The notes: generated by a model from the letters alone, not told the origin. Numbered from the stretch's first letter, positions 22,663-36,410 are shown. The stretch is 64,000 nt of DNA from Octopus bimaculoides (GCF_001194135.2 NC_068981.1:100705657-100769656), one strand, 5' to 3'. Numbers and translations: made by a program.

Positions 22663-22668
22663 AATAAA
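22663..22668 (+). promoter_or_regulatory. Possible PDAP1 polyadenylation signal
   Basis: AATAAA about 510 nt after the stop codon, just before an assembly gap; weak evidence in AT-rich DNA. Confidence 0.25.
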
Positions 22669-24073
22669 TAAATTGTATTGCATCTTTATATATATANNNN
22701 NNNNNNNNNNNNNNNNNNNNNNNNNNNNNNNNNNNNNNNNNNNNNNNNNNNNNNNNNNNNNNNNNNNNNNNNNNNNNNNNNNNNNNNNNNNNNNNNNNNN
22801 NNNNNNNNNNNNNNNNNNNNNNNNNNNNNNNNNNNNNNNNNNNNNNNNNNNNNNNNNNNNNNNNNNNNNNNNNNNNNNNNNNNNNNNNNNNNNNNNNNNN
22901 NNNNNNNNNNNNNNNNNNNNNNNNNNNNNNNNNNNNNNNNNNNNNNNNNNNNNNNNNNNNNNNNTTTTTTTTTTTTCCTTGTATCAGAAAATCCCTTTAG
23001 TAAGAAAAGTAGAGAGAAAAAAAAGAATTTATGAAATTGCAAGATAATGAAATGTATTTTCATCAGCTAGATCTCTTAGTAACACTTAATATCAAGCTGT
23101 GTGTTATAATTAATGCACACATGGATATATTTATTTATGTTCTCAGTTTGATGCTTATGATATATTCTTGCATATTAACATTCGTTTATATTTGGTTTAA
23201 TATAATATAATGTTGTCAAGAAACCATTATTATTTGGGGTTTTTTTTTTTTCTTTTTTCTTTTTTCTTTTCCATGTTTGTCCTGTCACTTGCCCATGTGT
23301 TTATAGTTTTAAGAAGCTTCAGTTAGCTGCTGCTTTGCATTTAAAATGTTCTTGAAAGTTTTTATTTGTAGAACAAAACTATATTCATAGCGACTGGGAA
23401 AAACAAAAATGGAATTAAGCTTTTGCTTCATTTAAAATAGTTGCCCTCTCCTTTTTATGGCATCTAAATTAAAATTATTTTTCATTTTTTTTTATTATTA
23501 TTCATTAATACTCTTTATCTTTGGAGTGGTAACTGTCCTGTTGTTAAAAGAGAAATCTCTTCAACCCTTGAAGATTGTCAGGGACTTATGCTTCTTTAAC
23601 CTTCAAATTACTATGTATGTCTTCTGAATGTATTTTCATTAAAGATATCTTTTAAGCTAATATTGTTTTGTGTTGTTCAATCTGAGGACCAGAGTAGTTT
23701 TCAATTACAAAAAATTAATTGCCAATCATTGAAAACTAGTCATTAACTGTTGCTATACTGCTGAGTATCAACCTAGTCAAGATGAAATAGATCTTGAAAC
23801 AAGTTTTGATTCTATGTTTCACACACTATCTCACTGTATTTTTCTCTCAACAACAGCAACCTGTCATTGTGTAAATCTTTTCTTCAAGTCTGTATTGCAT
23901 TGCCTATATGTTGAAAGACATACAAAAACACAGAGAAATACACACACAAACCAAGCAAAGAAATAACCATGTATTATATATATATTTTTTTAAAGGCTGT
24001 TGCATTGTGTCGACAGACTTGCACCTAAGATTCTCACGTTTTCAATCAAAACTTGTTAATTACTATGATAGTA

Positions 24074-24133
<60 letters not shown>

Positions 24134-25233
24134 AAATTAACTTTTTCTCTTCTCTTCCCATGTAAATATACGTTGTGATGAGTTATCTCCCCTCATTCTA
24201 CATAGATGCTGTTATGGACAGACAGACGAAGATCAGCTTCTATTTTATAAGATTGATTTAAAGTTATAGTAATCTTATTAAATTAACTATGGAGAGTGAA
24301 GTTGTTAATCACATATGTTATTATTCTACTTATAGGTTTTCTTTTAGGCAATTTACTTTGCTACGTGAACAGTGTAATTTGAGTCTATTTCAAGTATGAA
24401 TAATCTGGAATTCAATAAGTGCCATATTGCTTACTGGGTAAAAAAAAACAAAAAACTTTATAACTACTTGATCAATAGTATCGTACTAAGTTCTTTCTGA
24501 ATGTTTCATGCTGAGATTTGTAGCACAAAATCATAGTTGAGAAGCTAACATACATTGCCATACTTTGGTACCGTTAAGTTTAAAAGCACAATTTTTCTAA
24601 TATTTGTTTTCTTTTCATGAATTTTCCCTTAGTGGATTTATCTGATAACTGTTGAATGTCCTTTGGTTTGGTGATATCTACTTTGCATTTCTTTAATAGT
24701 CCAGGAAAGGACTTGATCTCAACACTGGATGCCTATGACTCACTTGCCAGTTATACAGTGACTCAACTTCCATGAATTAAAATGCAAATTATTGCTGTAG
24801 GCTGTTGGAGAAAACACTGTATCACTAACTATATTTCATTAGATTGCTATGCTGGATAGTATTTCTCATATCAAGTTGAAAAAACATTTTGGTTTACTTT
24901 ACAATGTTCCTAGTATTTAAGTAAGTTATGGATCATTATTTATCTTGTATTTTAATCACTCTGTTGCCATATACTATGCTGTTTGTTTTGGAAGCAATGG
25001 AGTAACTGCAGTCATTAATCAAGCAGGCTTATATGCATAACAGTGTATGCTCAGAATTTTAGGAGCAATTGAAAACTCAGTTTTAATCTTACAAGACCAT
25101 GCTGTGGTTAATCATATATACCACAATATGATGATCTGAGCATGTATCTTTTGTCGAATTTGTTCTTTTTGAATGAAAACTGGTGACAGTAACAGACAAG
25201 GAGTAAAATATTAATATAAAAAATACAACTTGA

Positions 25234-25431
25234 CCTTTTATCATTCACATTTCTTTCTCAAATGTGTCACATTGTTTTGAATTAATCCTGCATTATCTCA
25301 CAGCTTTGAAGTGTCGATGACGTGATAGTTTATTTTTAGAATGACATTGTCTTGTAAGTGTGAGAGGCTGGATCTGGCCAGTTTGAATATAAAGCAAGTA
25401 GAATATTTAGGCTAGTTTGAGTGCTAAAGGG
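25234..25431 (-). mobile_element. piggyBac-type MITE copy (reverse)
   Basis: Reverse-complement match to 9527-9723, ending gagtgctaaaggg. Confidence 0.7.
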
Positions 25432-25868
25432 TTTAGGTACTGGAGTACTGAACCATAGACTGAAATTCTGCAACAAACTTTGGTCATCTGAAAAAAAAAA
25501 TTTAACATAGTTCTTGATACATTGTCTGGACTAAAAAAAAAAAAAGACTTGATGGTTATGGCTTGTTCAGTCAAGGTTGACCTATGTCTTAACACCTTGT
25601 TGGAATGTAATATGTAAGATTAAATGCTCTCTCTGCAAATGTAGATACCTGCACTTAATATGAATTTATAATCCATGTTTAACACTATAGAAGGTCATTG
25701 CATTGAACATGCTTAAGTGGGAGTATTTTACATGGCACTTGACTTGCTATTGTATCCTGTCTTCAGTAAAAAAAAGACATTTGGAGTAATATAGCTCTAG
25801 ACCTACTCTGGAATACCTTTAATTATAGATCAGCTAGGTTAGAGTTGATGTGGGTCTAACCGACAACA

Positions 25869-27082
25869 TGAAGGTTGGCTGAAAAGTTCATATGCTAACC
25901 AAGGTACTCCCATGAAATGTGACCAAATGTGGTTTATTTTTCAATATAATCCATCCTGTTTTCCATATACTTCTTCTATCATTATTGTAATGCTTGGATC
26001 TTGTTGGCGAAGATGCTTTCATCCTGTTGGTCAAAGAAGTCATCATCACTGCAATACTAGTTTCCAGTCAAGTGTTACCATATACTATGCTGGTTGTTTT
26101 GGAAGCAATGGAGTAACTGCAGTCATCAGTCAAGTAGGCTTCTATGCATAGTCAGGTGGGGAGGGTGATCAAGCAGTTCAAAGCCACAGTCACACACAGC
26201 AGCCATTGAAACCAAAGTCTTCTGTGCTAGAGCATCATGAAACAAGTCTCCTTTTGTCAGTTTTCCTGGGTGTTTGGTCCTGGCATAGTATTCTCCATTG
26301 ATCATGTGTTCCTTTTGAAGATAGTGCTTTTGCATCTCAAAAAACTGAGGCCATCACTTTCTCTGCAGATGAAACAACCTTGGCCTTTGGAGCAGGTGAG
26401 GAGGATTATTTCCATTACATGAATTGTCTCTTTGTCTCTGGCTCAAAGTGATGAACCCAACACTCATCCTGGATTAGGAAATGTTTGAAGAAACCAGCTG
26501 GATTTATCTCAATGTCAAATTTTCTCATGATGTGATCAGCTTGGTGCACTTTTGATCTGGTGTAAGAAGACATGGCACCCACCGAGCAGAAACCCTCATC
26601 ATGCCAAGTTCATTTTGCAGAATATTTTCAGTTCTTTCATGGGATCTGCTAATAGCATAAGCTATTTGATTTATAGTCAATCACCTTTCATCCATCACTA
26701 TGTGAACGCGTTTTCCTCAGTGGTAGTAGTTGGAGGATGTCTAGATGTTGGTTATTTTAAAGACTTTCCCTTTCTCTTAAATTCAGCTGCCCACTTTTGC
26801 ACTGTTGATAAAGCTGGAGTCTCATCTAATGTAACAACCATGTCAGCATGAATGTTCTTGGGGGCTTAGCCCATTATCTGCAGGTACTTGATGACACCAC
26901 TAAGCCAAATTTTGTCCATTTTCAAGAGAAGTCGCAACTAGTTACTTTTGAGGTCTCCTTTAAACCGTCAGATGTCAGTTTACTTGGAAAGAAACGATGC
27001 AGCTGAAATTAATGCATATGCAAGGTTTCACAGCTTTAGCATCGTTCCATAGTCAGCCTATGAACATTTCAGCCTGCCCTTG
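25869..27082 (-). mobile_element. Near full-length degenerate mariner transposon
   Basis: TIRs tgaaggttggctgaaaagttcatatgctaac and gtcagcctatgaacatttcagcctgcccttg|TA. Minus-strand remnants IQDECWVHHFEPETKRQFM and YLQKEHMINGEYYA...KLTKGDLFH...MAAVCDCGFELLDHPP (DD34D domain motifs). Confidence 0.88.
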
Positions 27083-27978
27083 TAAATACCTCTCACCTGG
27101 TTGCCTTTCAGCTTGAAAACACTTGCAAAAATATTTTCATACTTCCTGATGTGAAATACACTTTGATTTTGATTTACTATAATTTGAGTATAAAGCTAAA
27201 CTTAAAAAAGCTGCAGTGCTTCAATTACTTTGTCAGAAAGTTTTATAGTTACTTCGTGATTTGTCTTGTCAGGAGAAACATTCTTACATATATTTAACCA
27301 TTTCACAAAAGAAACCTTTTTAATTCATATGTACCCTTTCACATAGTCTGAGGTACTTTTTTTTTTAACATGAAGAGAAAATTTGGGTTAGGGTTTAATG
27401 AAAATAACATTTAAAAGCTTTTTCAAAACTTCGGTTTAATACCAAGTTTTTTATTGCTCATTACATGACCAATGTAACATTTGGCATTAAACCTACATAT
27501 AACAGAAGTGTCAAATATTTTGGATGGCTCTAGGCTGTTCATTGTTTAAAAATCCAGAGTTCAAAGAAACCAGTGGTAGACTGTATCAATAGACAAATGT
27601 TTAGCAAAGTTCATGAACTTTGATAAGCTTGTGTGTAACGGTGAAATAATTCTGGTGCTTTAATCAAAGCTTTATGTCAGAGAGCAGTTTTTAAAATGTC
27701 AACAAGTTTTAATGGCTTTTTTTTTTTTCCTTGCATATGCAAGTTTTGTTCAGAAATTCTGTTCTATTCCAGCTTACTGTGTTGTCTCTATATTCTTACA
27801 TTCACTATAATTACACAAAAACAATTTATTACATGTATACGAGTTTTTTGTCATTATCATCAGTTTGTGGGTTTTTTTTTCCATAGCAGCATGGATTGGA
27901 TGAGCCATTAGTTTGAATAGTTCTTATTTAGATTCATTGCCTTCCCAGATATGTCAGAGATCATGCCTTGTATGTATA

Positions 27979-28350
27979 CTCTTTTACTTGTTTCAGTCAT
28001 TTGACTGTGGCCATGCTGGAGCACCGCCTTTAGTTGAGTAAATCGACCCCAGGACTTATTCTTTGTAAGCCTAGTACTTATTCTATCGGTATATTTTGCC
28101 AAACCGCTAAGTTACGGGGACGTAAACACACAAGCATCAGTTGTCAAGCGATGTTGGGGGGACAAACACAGATACACATACATATATACGATGGGCTTCT
28201 TTCAGTTTCCATTACCAAATCCACTTACAAGGCTTTGGTTTGCCCGAGGCTATAGTAGAAGACACTTGCCCAAGGTGCCACGCAGTGGGGCTGTATCCAG
28301 AACCACGTAGTTGGTAAGCAAGCTACTTACCACACAGCCCCTCCTGTGCC
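27979..28350 (-). mobile_element. SINE family A, full copy
   Basis: Reverse complement of 1084-1501. Confidence 0.85.
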
Positions 28351-29485
28351 TGTATGTTCAATTTTGACATGTTTTGTATGCTGGATGCCCTGCCTAGTGT
28401 CAACCATGCTTACAGAGTGTGCTGGGTGAATTTTATTGTGGCATCAGTACTAAGAAGTTTATATTCTCAGCAAGACTAAAGAATCCTCTATACACTATAC
28501 TGTCTCCATTCATTAGCCTACCACATTTACAGAATATACTGACTGCATTTTATCATGGCATTTTATTGTGGTGGGGTTGTCTGGTCTTCTTGCAAAACTG
28601 AAGACTCCTCACTACAAACTACACTGTCTCCGTTGTAATATTTGTGTTTTCTGTTGTTCAATAATTGTCTTCTCTAGGGGACACAGAACAACTTGAACCC
28701 TTTCTGTTCTGAATTCTTGCAACTTATTCTTTAAGCCTAAAACAGGTGCAGGCATGTCTTTGTGGTTGAGGAGCTTGCTTTTCGACCTTTTGGTTTTAAT
28801 TTCAGTCTCATAGTGCTGCATCTTGAGCAAGTGTCTTCTATAGCCCTAGGCCAACCAAAGCCTTGTGACTGAATTTAGATAGATGGAAATTGAAAGAAAC
28901 CTGTTGTGTGTGTGTGTATCTATCTACCTGTCTCTCTGTATGTATGTATGTATATGAAGATGGAATAAGCAGAACAAGAGGAGACATGGAATAGAGTTAC
29001 TGAAGAGGTCACAATGTGTGATGAAAGAACTTTGACAAAGAAACTAAAATAATAGTTATAAAGCTGAAGTGAAGACCAAATATATAGTGTGTGTGTGTGT
29101 ATTTAATTGGCAAAATATGACCATCCCTAAGTATAACAATATATACATATCTATATACACATGTTCACATAATACATGTGTCTTTGTCTGGATATCATGT
29201 GGTGGTTGTAAACCTGTATCATTGTCATATAAGTAATGTCATTTGTTTTCAGCCTTCCATGAAAAACCTGCTTTGCCATGGAAATTCTGTCTGGTGCATG
29301 CAAGCATGAAAAAGTGAACATTAAAAATGAAAGTACATTTTTGTCTTTGGTTTGATTTGCACTTAAAAGCTACTTTTATATGAAATGGATCTATATTTTT
29401 AGTTAACCATAATAAGACATGCTAGAGGGTATGGTCTTATCTTAGATTTGCTAGTTCCCTGACTAAATATTTACAAACATTTATA

Positions 29486-29890
29486 GATACAGGTGTGGCT
29501 GTGTGGTAAGAAGCTTGCTTCCTAACCACATGGTTCCAGGTTCAGTCCCACTGTGTGACACCTTGGGTAAGTGTCTTCTACTATAGCCTTGGGCTGACCA
29601 AAGCTTTCTGAGTGGATTTGGTAGACGGAAACTGAAAGAAGTCTGTTGTATATACATATATGTATATATCTATGTGTGTGTCTGTGTTTGTCCTCCCATC
29701 ACCACTTGACAACTGGTGTTGGTATGTTTACATCCCCATAACTTAGCAGTTCAGCAAAAAGAATCAATAGAATAAGTACTAAGCTTAAAAAATAAGTCCT
29801 AGGGTCAATTTGTTTGAGTAAAAAATCCTCCAAGGTGGAGCTTCAGCATGGCTGTGGTCAAATGACTGAAACAAGTAAAAGAATAAAAGT
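29486..29890 (+). mobile_element. SINE family A, full copy
   Basis: Same head, central microsatellite and tail as 1084-1501. Confidence 0.85.
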
Positions 29891-30301
29891 AAAATTCCTT
29901 TGGAATATGTAAACCAAGAAAATATAAATGAATGCATAACTATGTAATAAAATAACATTAGACCTACTTGAAACAAAAGTAATTTCTAAGGAGAATTGTA
30001 GACCTCCTACTTGTTCACTAGTTTGTGTTTATATTTCTCCCATAATAAAACTACTAACAAAGATGAAATTCAAAATTCTGTTTTTCACCATTAATATAAG
30101 TTCAAATAAGATGGCAAGCTGACAGAATTGTTACTGCATCAGAAAAAATGCTTAGCGGTATTTCTGCCAACTTTATGTTCTGAAGTCTACCTTTCATCCT
30201 TTTGGTGTTAATGTAATCAACTTATCCAATCCCTCTGAAATTGCTGGCTTTGTGCCAAAATTTGAAATCAATATTCTAAATTCAAACCACTTAAACATGT
30301 A

Positions 30302-31142
30302 GAAAGTGGTACAAAAAGGTTCCCCGACTAGTTATGTTTAATAAAAAAAAAAATAACTTCTTCACCTAAGTTTTAACATCATTTCCTTCGAAAACACTGG
30401 TGCCATTGTTCCTGTCACTTTTGGAATCCGGCCTGGAAGTCATTTTCTGTAAATGAGTTGAGGACCTGCAATTCACTCTTGATTTTGACAACGGTGCTAA
30501 AATGGTGACCTTTGAGATGCATTTTCACCTTGCAGAAGAGATGGCAGTTTGCAGGTGCTAAATCTGGTGAATAGGGCGGATACCATGTTTTTAGCAAGAA
30601 ACCCATGAGTGAAGTGGAGCCCCATGAAGAATTCAATTCTTCATACTCCACAGATCTGGTTGCTTTCACTGAATGTCCTCCCTGAAACATTTCAAAATGT
30701 TGCAGTAGAACTCTTGATTGATGTCTGGCACTGGGGGATGAATTCTCAATGTACAATACCACATTTCCAGGGATGACTCTCATGGCAGGTCTTCCAAACT
30801 GCTCATCATCTTCCAGAGATGTCCTCCTGCTTTTTAAGCACCTATGCCACTCAAAATATTATGTACGACCCATTGCCTCATTACCGTATGCTTGCTGAAG
30901 CATGCTCAATGTCTTTATAGCAGACTTCCCAAGTGTAACGCAAAATTTTATAGTGGCTCTTCATTCCTGTCCATGACGAAATCGTAGACTACAGTATACA
31001 CATGATTGCAAACACACAAATTTCACGACTTGTGAAGTAAACACAGTGATATCCCTCAGCATATACCTCATGAAAGTTACTGTGTACTGCCATCTGTTAG
31101 CATGCTACAGAACTAGTCTGGGAGCAGTTTGATACCACATTG
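30302..31142 (-). mobile_element. Internally deleted mariner (second family) with TA flanks
   Basis: TIRs gaaagtggtacaaaaaggttccccgactagt and actagtctgggagcagtttgataccacattg; ORF 30415-30783 contains PPYSPDLAPANCHLFCKVKMHLKG (mariner YSPDL motif). Confidence 0.85.
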
Positions 31143-31240
31143 TATAATGCTGGACTACACTCTTGGAGTGATTGGCATTAGGAAGGGCATCCAGCTGTAG
31201 AAACTCTGCCAGATCAGACACACACATATATACACATATG

Positions 31241-31746
31241 CTCTTTTACTTGTTTCAGTCATTTGACTGTAGCCACGCTGGAGCACCGCCTTTAGTCGAG
31301 CAAATCGTCCCCAGGACTTATTTTTTGTAAGCCTAGTACTTATTCTATCGGTATCTTTTGCTGAACCGCTAAGTTACGGGGACGTAACACACCACCATCA
31401 GTTGTCACACAATGTTGGGGGGACAAACACAGACACACGAACGTATACACATACACACACATATATATATATATATATATATGTGGCTAGATTTAATTTG
31501 CGTATACAAATTTAATCTGCGATCCATGGGACGAGCCGTTTTAGCGATGCGTCCTGCCCAAGCTCGTCGAAACGCCGGTGTTAAAACGTGGGTGGCTGAT
31601 GAAGGAGAATGTTCTCTATGTGGCTCGTGTGTTCTCGTCTACGTTTGTTTGCAATGTCCTGTACCCAGATATGCACCTATACATACAGGTGGATGTCGGT
31701 ATGCACATACCTGTACGTATATATGCATATACTCATTTACTATTTG

Positions 31747-31783
<37 letters not shown>

Positions 31784-32688
31784 NNNNNNNNNNNNNNNNN
31801 NNNNNNNNNNNNNNNNNNNNNNNNNNNNNNNNNNNNNNNNNNNNNNNNNNNNNNNNNNNNNNNNNNNNNNNNNNNNNNNNNNNNNNNNNNNNNNNNNNNN
31901 NNNNNNNNNNNNNNNNNNNNNNNNNNNNNNNNNNNNNNNNNNNNNNNNNNNNNNNNNNNNNNNNNNNNNNNNNNNNNNNNNNNNNNNNNNNNNNNNNNNN
32001 NNNNNNNNNNNNNNNNNNNNNNNNNNNNNNNNNNNNNNNNNNNNNNNNNNNNNNNNNNNNNNNNNNNNNNNNNNNNNNNNNNNNNNNNNNNNNNNNNNNN
32101 NNNNNNNNNNNNNNNNNNNNNNNNNNNNNNNNNNNNNNNNNNNNNNNNNNNNNNNNNNNNNNNNNNNNNNNNNNNNNNNNNNNNNNNNNNNNNNNNNNNN
32201 NNNNNNNNNNNNNNNNNNNNNNNNNNNNNNNNNNNNNNNNNNNNNNNNNNNNNNNNNNNNNNNNNNNNNNNNNNNNNNNNNNNNNNNNNNNNNNNNNNNN
32301 NNNNNNNNNNNNNNNNNNNNNNNNNNNNNNNNNNNNNNNNNNNNNNNNNNNNNNNNNNNNNNNNNNNNNNNNNNNNNNNNNNNNNNNNNNNNNNNNNNNN
32401 NNNNNNNNNNNNNNNNNNNNNNNNNNNNNNNNNNNNNNNNNNNNNNNNNNNNNNNNNNNNNNNNNNNNNNNNNNNNNNNNNNNNNNNNNNNNNNNNNNNN
32501 NNNNNNNNNNNNNNNNNNNNNNNNNNNNNNNNNNNNNNNNNNNNNNNNNNNNNNNNNNNNTGTGGCTCGTGTGTTCTCGTCTACGTTTGTTTGCAATGTC
32601 CTGTACCCAGATATGCACCTATACATACAGGTGGATGTCGGTATGCACATACCTGTACGTATATATGCATATACTCATTTACTATTTG

Positions 32689-32725
<37 letters not shown>

Positions 32726-32888
32726 GACGGGCTTCTTTCAGTTTCCATCTACCTAATCCACTCACAAGGCTTTGGTTAGCCCGAGGCTATAGTAGAAGAC
32801 ACTTGCTGAAGTTGCCACACAGTGGGACTGAACCCAGAACCATGTGGTTCGTTAGCAAGCTACTTACCATACAGCCACTCCTTAGACC
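31241..32888 (-). mobile_element. SINE family A split at its central microsatellite (tail half 31241-31436, head half 32724-32888) by another repeat and a gap
   Basis: Both halves are in the same orientation and together make one complete family A copy. Confidence 0.7.
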
Positions 32889-32908
32889 TATATATATATA
32901 AACACAAA

Positions 32909-34320
32909 AGAATTACCATTTTTGGACATACTTCTAATTAAAGAAAATAACACTAGGAAAACAGCTCTCTTCTACAGACCTACAAACACACACCGATATT
33001 TGAACTTTCATTCCTCCCATCCCTTACATACCAAAAGAAACATACAATTTGATGTGGCAAAAAGAATTTACATAATAGTAATAGATGCTGAATTAAGGGA
33101 CACAAGATTACAGGAATGAAAAATATTTCTAAAGGGACAAAAACACCCTATTAGCTTAATTGACATGGCAATCACCAAAGCAAAAAACATCCCAACCACA
33201 ACCCTCAGAGGAAAACAAACACACAGAAATAAAAATGAACTCCTAAGCATTCCTTTTATCATTACCCACAACCCAAGAAATCATGACATCATCAACACTG
33301 CAAAATGATACCTCCCAATCCTTTAACATTCATGAAGAATGAATCAATTAATAACAAACTCAAAAATAATTTATAGCAAATGGCAAGCACCTAAGATAAA
33401 AAAACCCTCTTAACTCAAGGAAGATTTACAACCACAGAAACAACAGAGAGTTCAAAAATGTGGTGACCCTCATTGTGGAACATGTGACTACATTGAAGAG
33501 GGAGTACAAATTACTTTGAAAAACAATGACACTTTCAAAATGAATGTAAATATGAATTGCAAATCCAGGAATTTAATCTACTGTGCCACATGCCCCGAAA
33601 GCAATGAATACTACATTGGTGAAACGGGCATCAAACTATATGAGAGAGTAAGGGTACATAAACAACAAATCCATAACCCCTCCATTAGAAACACAACCTG
33701 TAGTGAACATTTTGAAAAATGTGGAAAATGAAAATTCAAAAGATTCCCTTTCTTCAAACTGCAGACAAAAAATTAACCACCGAGGCGATGGGCCTCACCG
33801 AGGCGATGACTACGGACCGAGACCTTTGGAAATGGGCTGTGCGTGAGAAGACCCGGCAAGCCAAGTAAGATCGTTGCCAGTGCCCCTGGACTGGTTCTTG
33901 TGCGGGTGGCACATGAGATGCACCATTTTGAGCGTGGCCGTTGCCAGTACCGCCTGACTGGCTCCTGTAGGATTTTCGAGCGAGATCGTTGCCAGTGCCC
34001 CTGGACTGGCTTGTGCGGGTGGCACATAAAAGACACCATTTCGAGCGTGGCCGTTTTCGTGCGGGTGACACGTAAAAGCACTCACTACACTCTCTGAGTG
34101 GTTGGCGTTAGGAAGGGCATCCAGCTGTAGAAACTCTGCCAAATCAGACTGGAGCCTGGTGTTGCCATCCGGTTTCACCAGTCCTCAGTCAAATCGTCCA
34201 ACCCATGCTAGCATGGAAAGCGGACGTTAAACGATGATGATGATGATGATGATAAGGCCAAGGGAGAATATTTTATTTGAAAGTATCAGTGAAAACTGAA
34301 CAAAAAATAATACCACAACC
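32909..34320 (+). mobile_element. Penelope-like retroelement remnant (RT C-terminus plus GIY-YIG), interrupted by an RTE insertion
   Basis: ELPFLDILL...FYRPTNTHRYLNFHSSHPLHTKRNI (PLE RT thumb), CGDPHCGTCDYI, NLIYCATCPESNEYYIGETGIKLYERVRVHKQQI (GIY-YIG), with stops and frameshifts; resumes after 34253 as KAKGEYFI*K. Confidence 0.88.
33778..34253 (+). mobile_element. 5'-truncated RTE-clade LINE 3' end (young-looking, CpG-rich)
   Basis: ORF end GLTEAMTTDRDLWKWAVREKTRQAK*; 3' UTR with internal tandem repeats; ggcgttaggaagggcatccagctgtagaaact motif; (GAT)n tail. Confidence 0.8.
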
Positions 34321-35058
34321 ACCAGAACTACCATCTCAACAATCCACAGAAAGACACTAACCAAACACTGCCTGAATAAAGAAAAGTATATATGAATTGA
34401 ATTGAATTAAACTAGTTTCAGCTCATGAACTTTGACCATGCTGGGGCAACACCATTTGATTTTACGACATACACATTTTTTTACTTTGCTAAAAAATTTT
34501 TCTTAGAACTTGATATTCGATGCATGAGAGTCTCTGATACTGCTGCCTTCTCTTGCACTTCTTGCTGTGAAGTTAAATTCATCTGGGACCATTGAGAGTA
34601 AGAGATCTAATCCTGTTTTTTGATGATATTTACATCTACCTGATATGAGTATACACCCTTTTTTGTACTATCATATGTACGCATGTGCATATATAAGTGG
34701 AAATATCTATAGGTATGTGTATATATGTGTGTGCAGGTATGTGAGTATGTATATTTACTTAAAAATATAGGGATATGATTTTGTATGGATGTACACCCTC
34801 TTATGTGTGTATGTGTGAACACATATATATGTATGTGTGAGTATTTGTGTATATATATGTGTGTGTGGGTGTTTTTATATATATGTGTGTATGTATGGAT
34901 ATTTATGTATATGTATACACATGGAGATGTGAATGTGTGTGTGTAGATGTAATAGATTTATTGGCTTTAGTTTATATATAAAATATCTAAATGACTAAAG
35001 TAGCCAGTTCTAAAATCTCTATAAGAGATGCAAGTAGTAACTATACTGAAAAGTAATA

Positions 35059-35312
35059 TTTGTTGCCACTTCAACATGGTTGTTTTGTATGGAATAATGT
35101 TACTACTGCTGTTGACAGAGGGCAAAATAGCTTAAAACCAGGTTGGTCTACTGGTCCTGACAACTTGCTAGATGGTAGGGGTTCACTCCTCTGCTTGCAA
35201 TATGTCGGACACAGATTGTGTCATTAACTGGCTAGAGAAGATGTTCTCTTGGGGTTAAAAAATAGCAGTAGTGCCCTCCCGTAAGGAACAGCCATGTTGA
35301 AGTGGCAACAAA
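35059..35312. mobile_element. MITE-like element with 26-bp inverted ends
   Basis: tttgttgccacttcaacatggttgtt (35059-35084) versus aacagccatgttgaagtggcaacaaa (35287-35312), 1 mismatch. Confidence 0.7.
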
Positions 35313-36410
35313 CATTTAAATGATTCTTCCCTTAAAATCATAGATTGATAGCTTATGGTAAATAATGTGTGATTGAATGTTCTAAAATGTGATTATTATT
35401 AAAAACAAATAAATAAAAATAATCCATGCAATACAATCTATTTGTCACAACTTCTTAAATATAAATAAAGGTAAAACATTTCAGGAGATAATTAGATTAA
35501 CACTTTCCCAACCAGCACCTTTAAAAGATTATTTTTAATAGAAACCACTTGAAAGTTACCTGGAGTAGCATCCCTAACATGAGAAACATAACAATGAAAC
35601 TGCAGACACCTGCATAGTTAGGAGCAAAGGAATAAGCTCACAATACCTAGCTAGTAAGTTCAAAAGTAATATTGTGTGAAGCAGAAGTAAACTGTATTAA
35701 CACGGTTGTTAAAACTGATGTAAGCAATTTATGTCAGAATGACTGAAGGAAGCTTCAAGAAATGATATACTCACCACACAGCCTCTTTCAGAATATATCT
35801 TTAAAAAAAAGTTGTCAATAGCATTGTCCAAGCAGATATAGTGGCTATAATATTTATTATGCCATAAAATGAAGCACAAGGGAATTATGCAAGATGCATA
35901 GGAAGATGTCATTTACGAATGGTATAGAAACCTACAATATTCTTTTCTACTCTAGGCACAAGGCCCGAAATTTTTGGTGAGGGGACCAGTCAATTAGATT
36001 GACCCCATTATGCAACCGGTACTTAATTTATGGACCCCGAAAGGATGAAAGGCAAAGTTGACCTCGGCAGAATTTGAACTCAGAATATAAAGACAGACGA
36101 AATACCGCTAAGCATTTCGCCCAGCATGCTAACGTTTCTGCCAGAACTATACACGAGACGTCCGCATGAGATTGAACATGCATATAGTTCCACCAATTAC
36201 ATTTGGGGTTATATTTCAAAAGTCTTCGTTTCAGTGCACCAAAATACCGGAAATAATTCTGCAGTGAATTTTGCCGGTTAGAGAACATGGTTATTTAAAT
36301 TTAAATAATAAGGGTGAAAAATTGAATATTAATTTAATTAATATCAATTTAGAACCAGTGGCCTAGCATATTGAAAAGTCTGAAGATTCAGAAAAATTAT
36401 ATTACATACC

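Noticed and set aside
31515-31625. Hammerhead-like words (GAAAC at about 31569, CTGATGA at about 31596)
   Set aside because: The order is reversed, with no compatible stems for type I, II or III; the upstream CTGCGAT is not a valid core and position 17 would be G.
31620-32723. Identical 164-bp sequence on both sides of the gap (31620-31783 and 32561-32723)
   Set aside because: Exact identity at contig ends is most simply an unmerged overlap, so I did not count it as a real tandem duplication; long reads would decide.
31412-32901. Long ORFs (300-455 aa) in the ORF track here and at 17188-17509, 22673-23063, 43386-43967, 44977-45561, 48291-49861 and 54085-55252
   Set aside because: They consist of N-gap X residues and microsatellite translations (YIYI, HTHT, SLSL); not genes.
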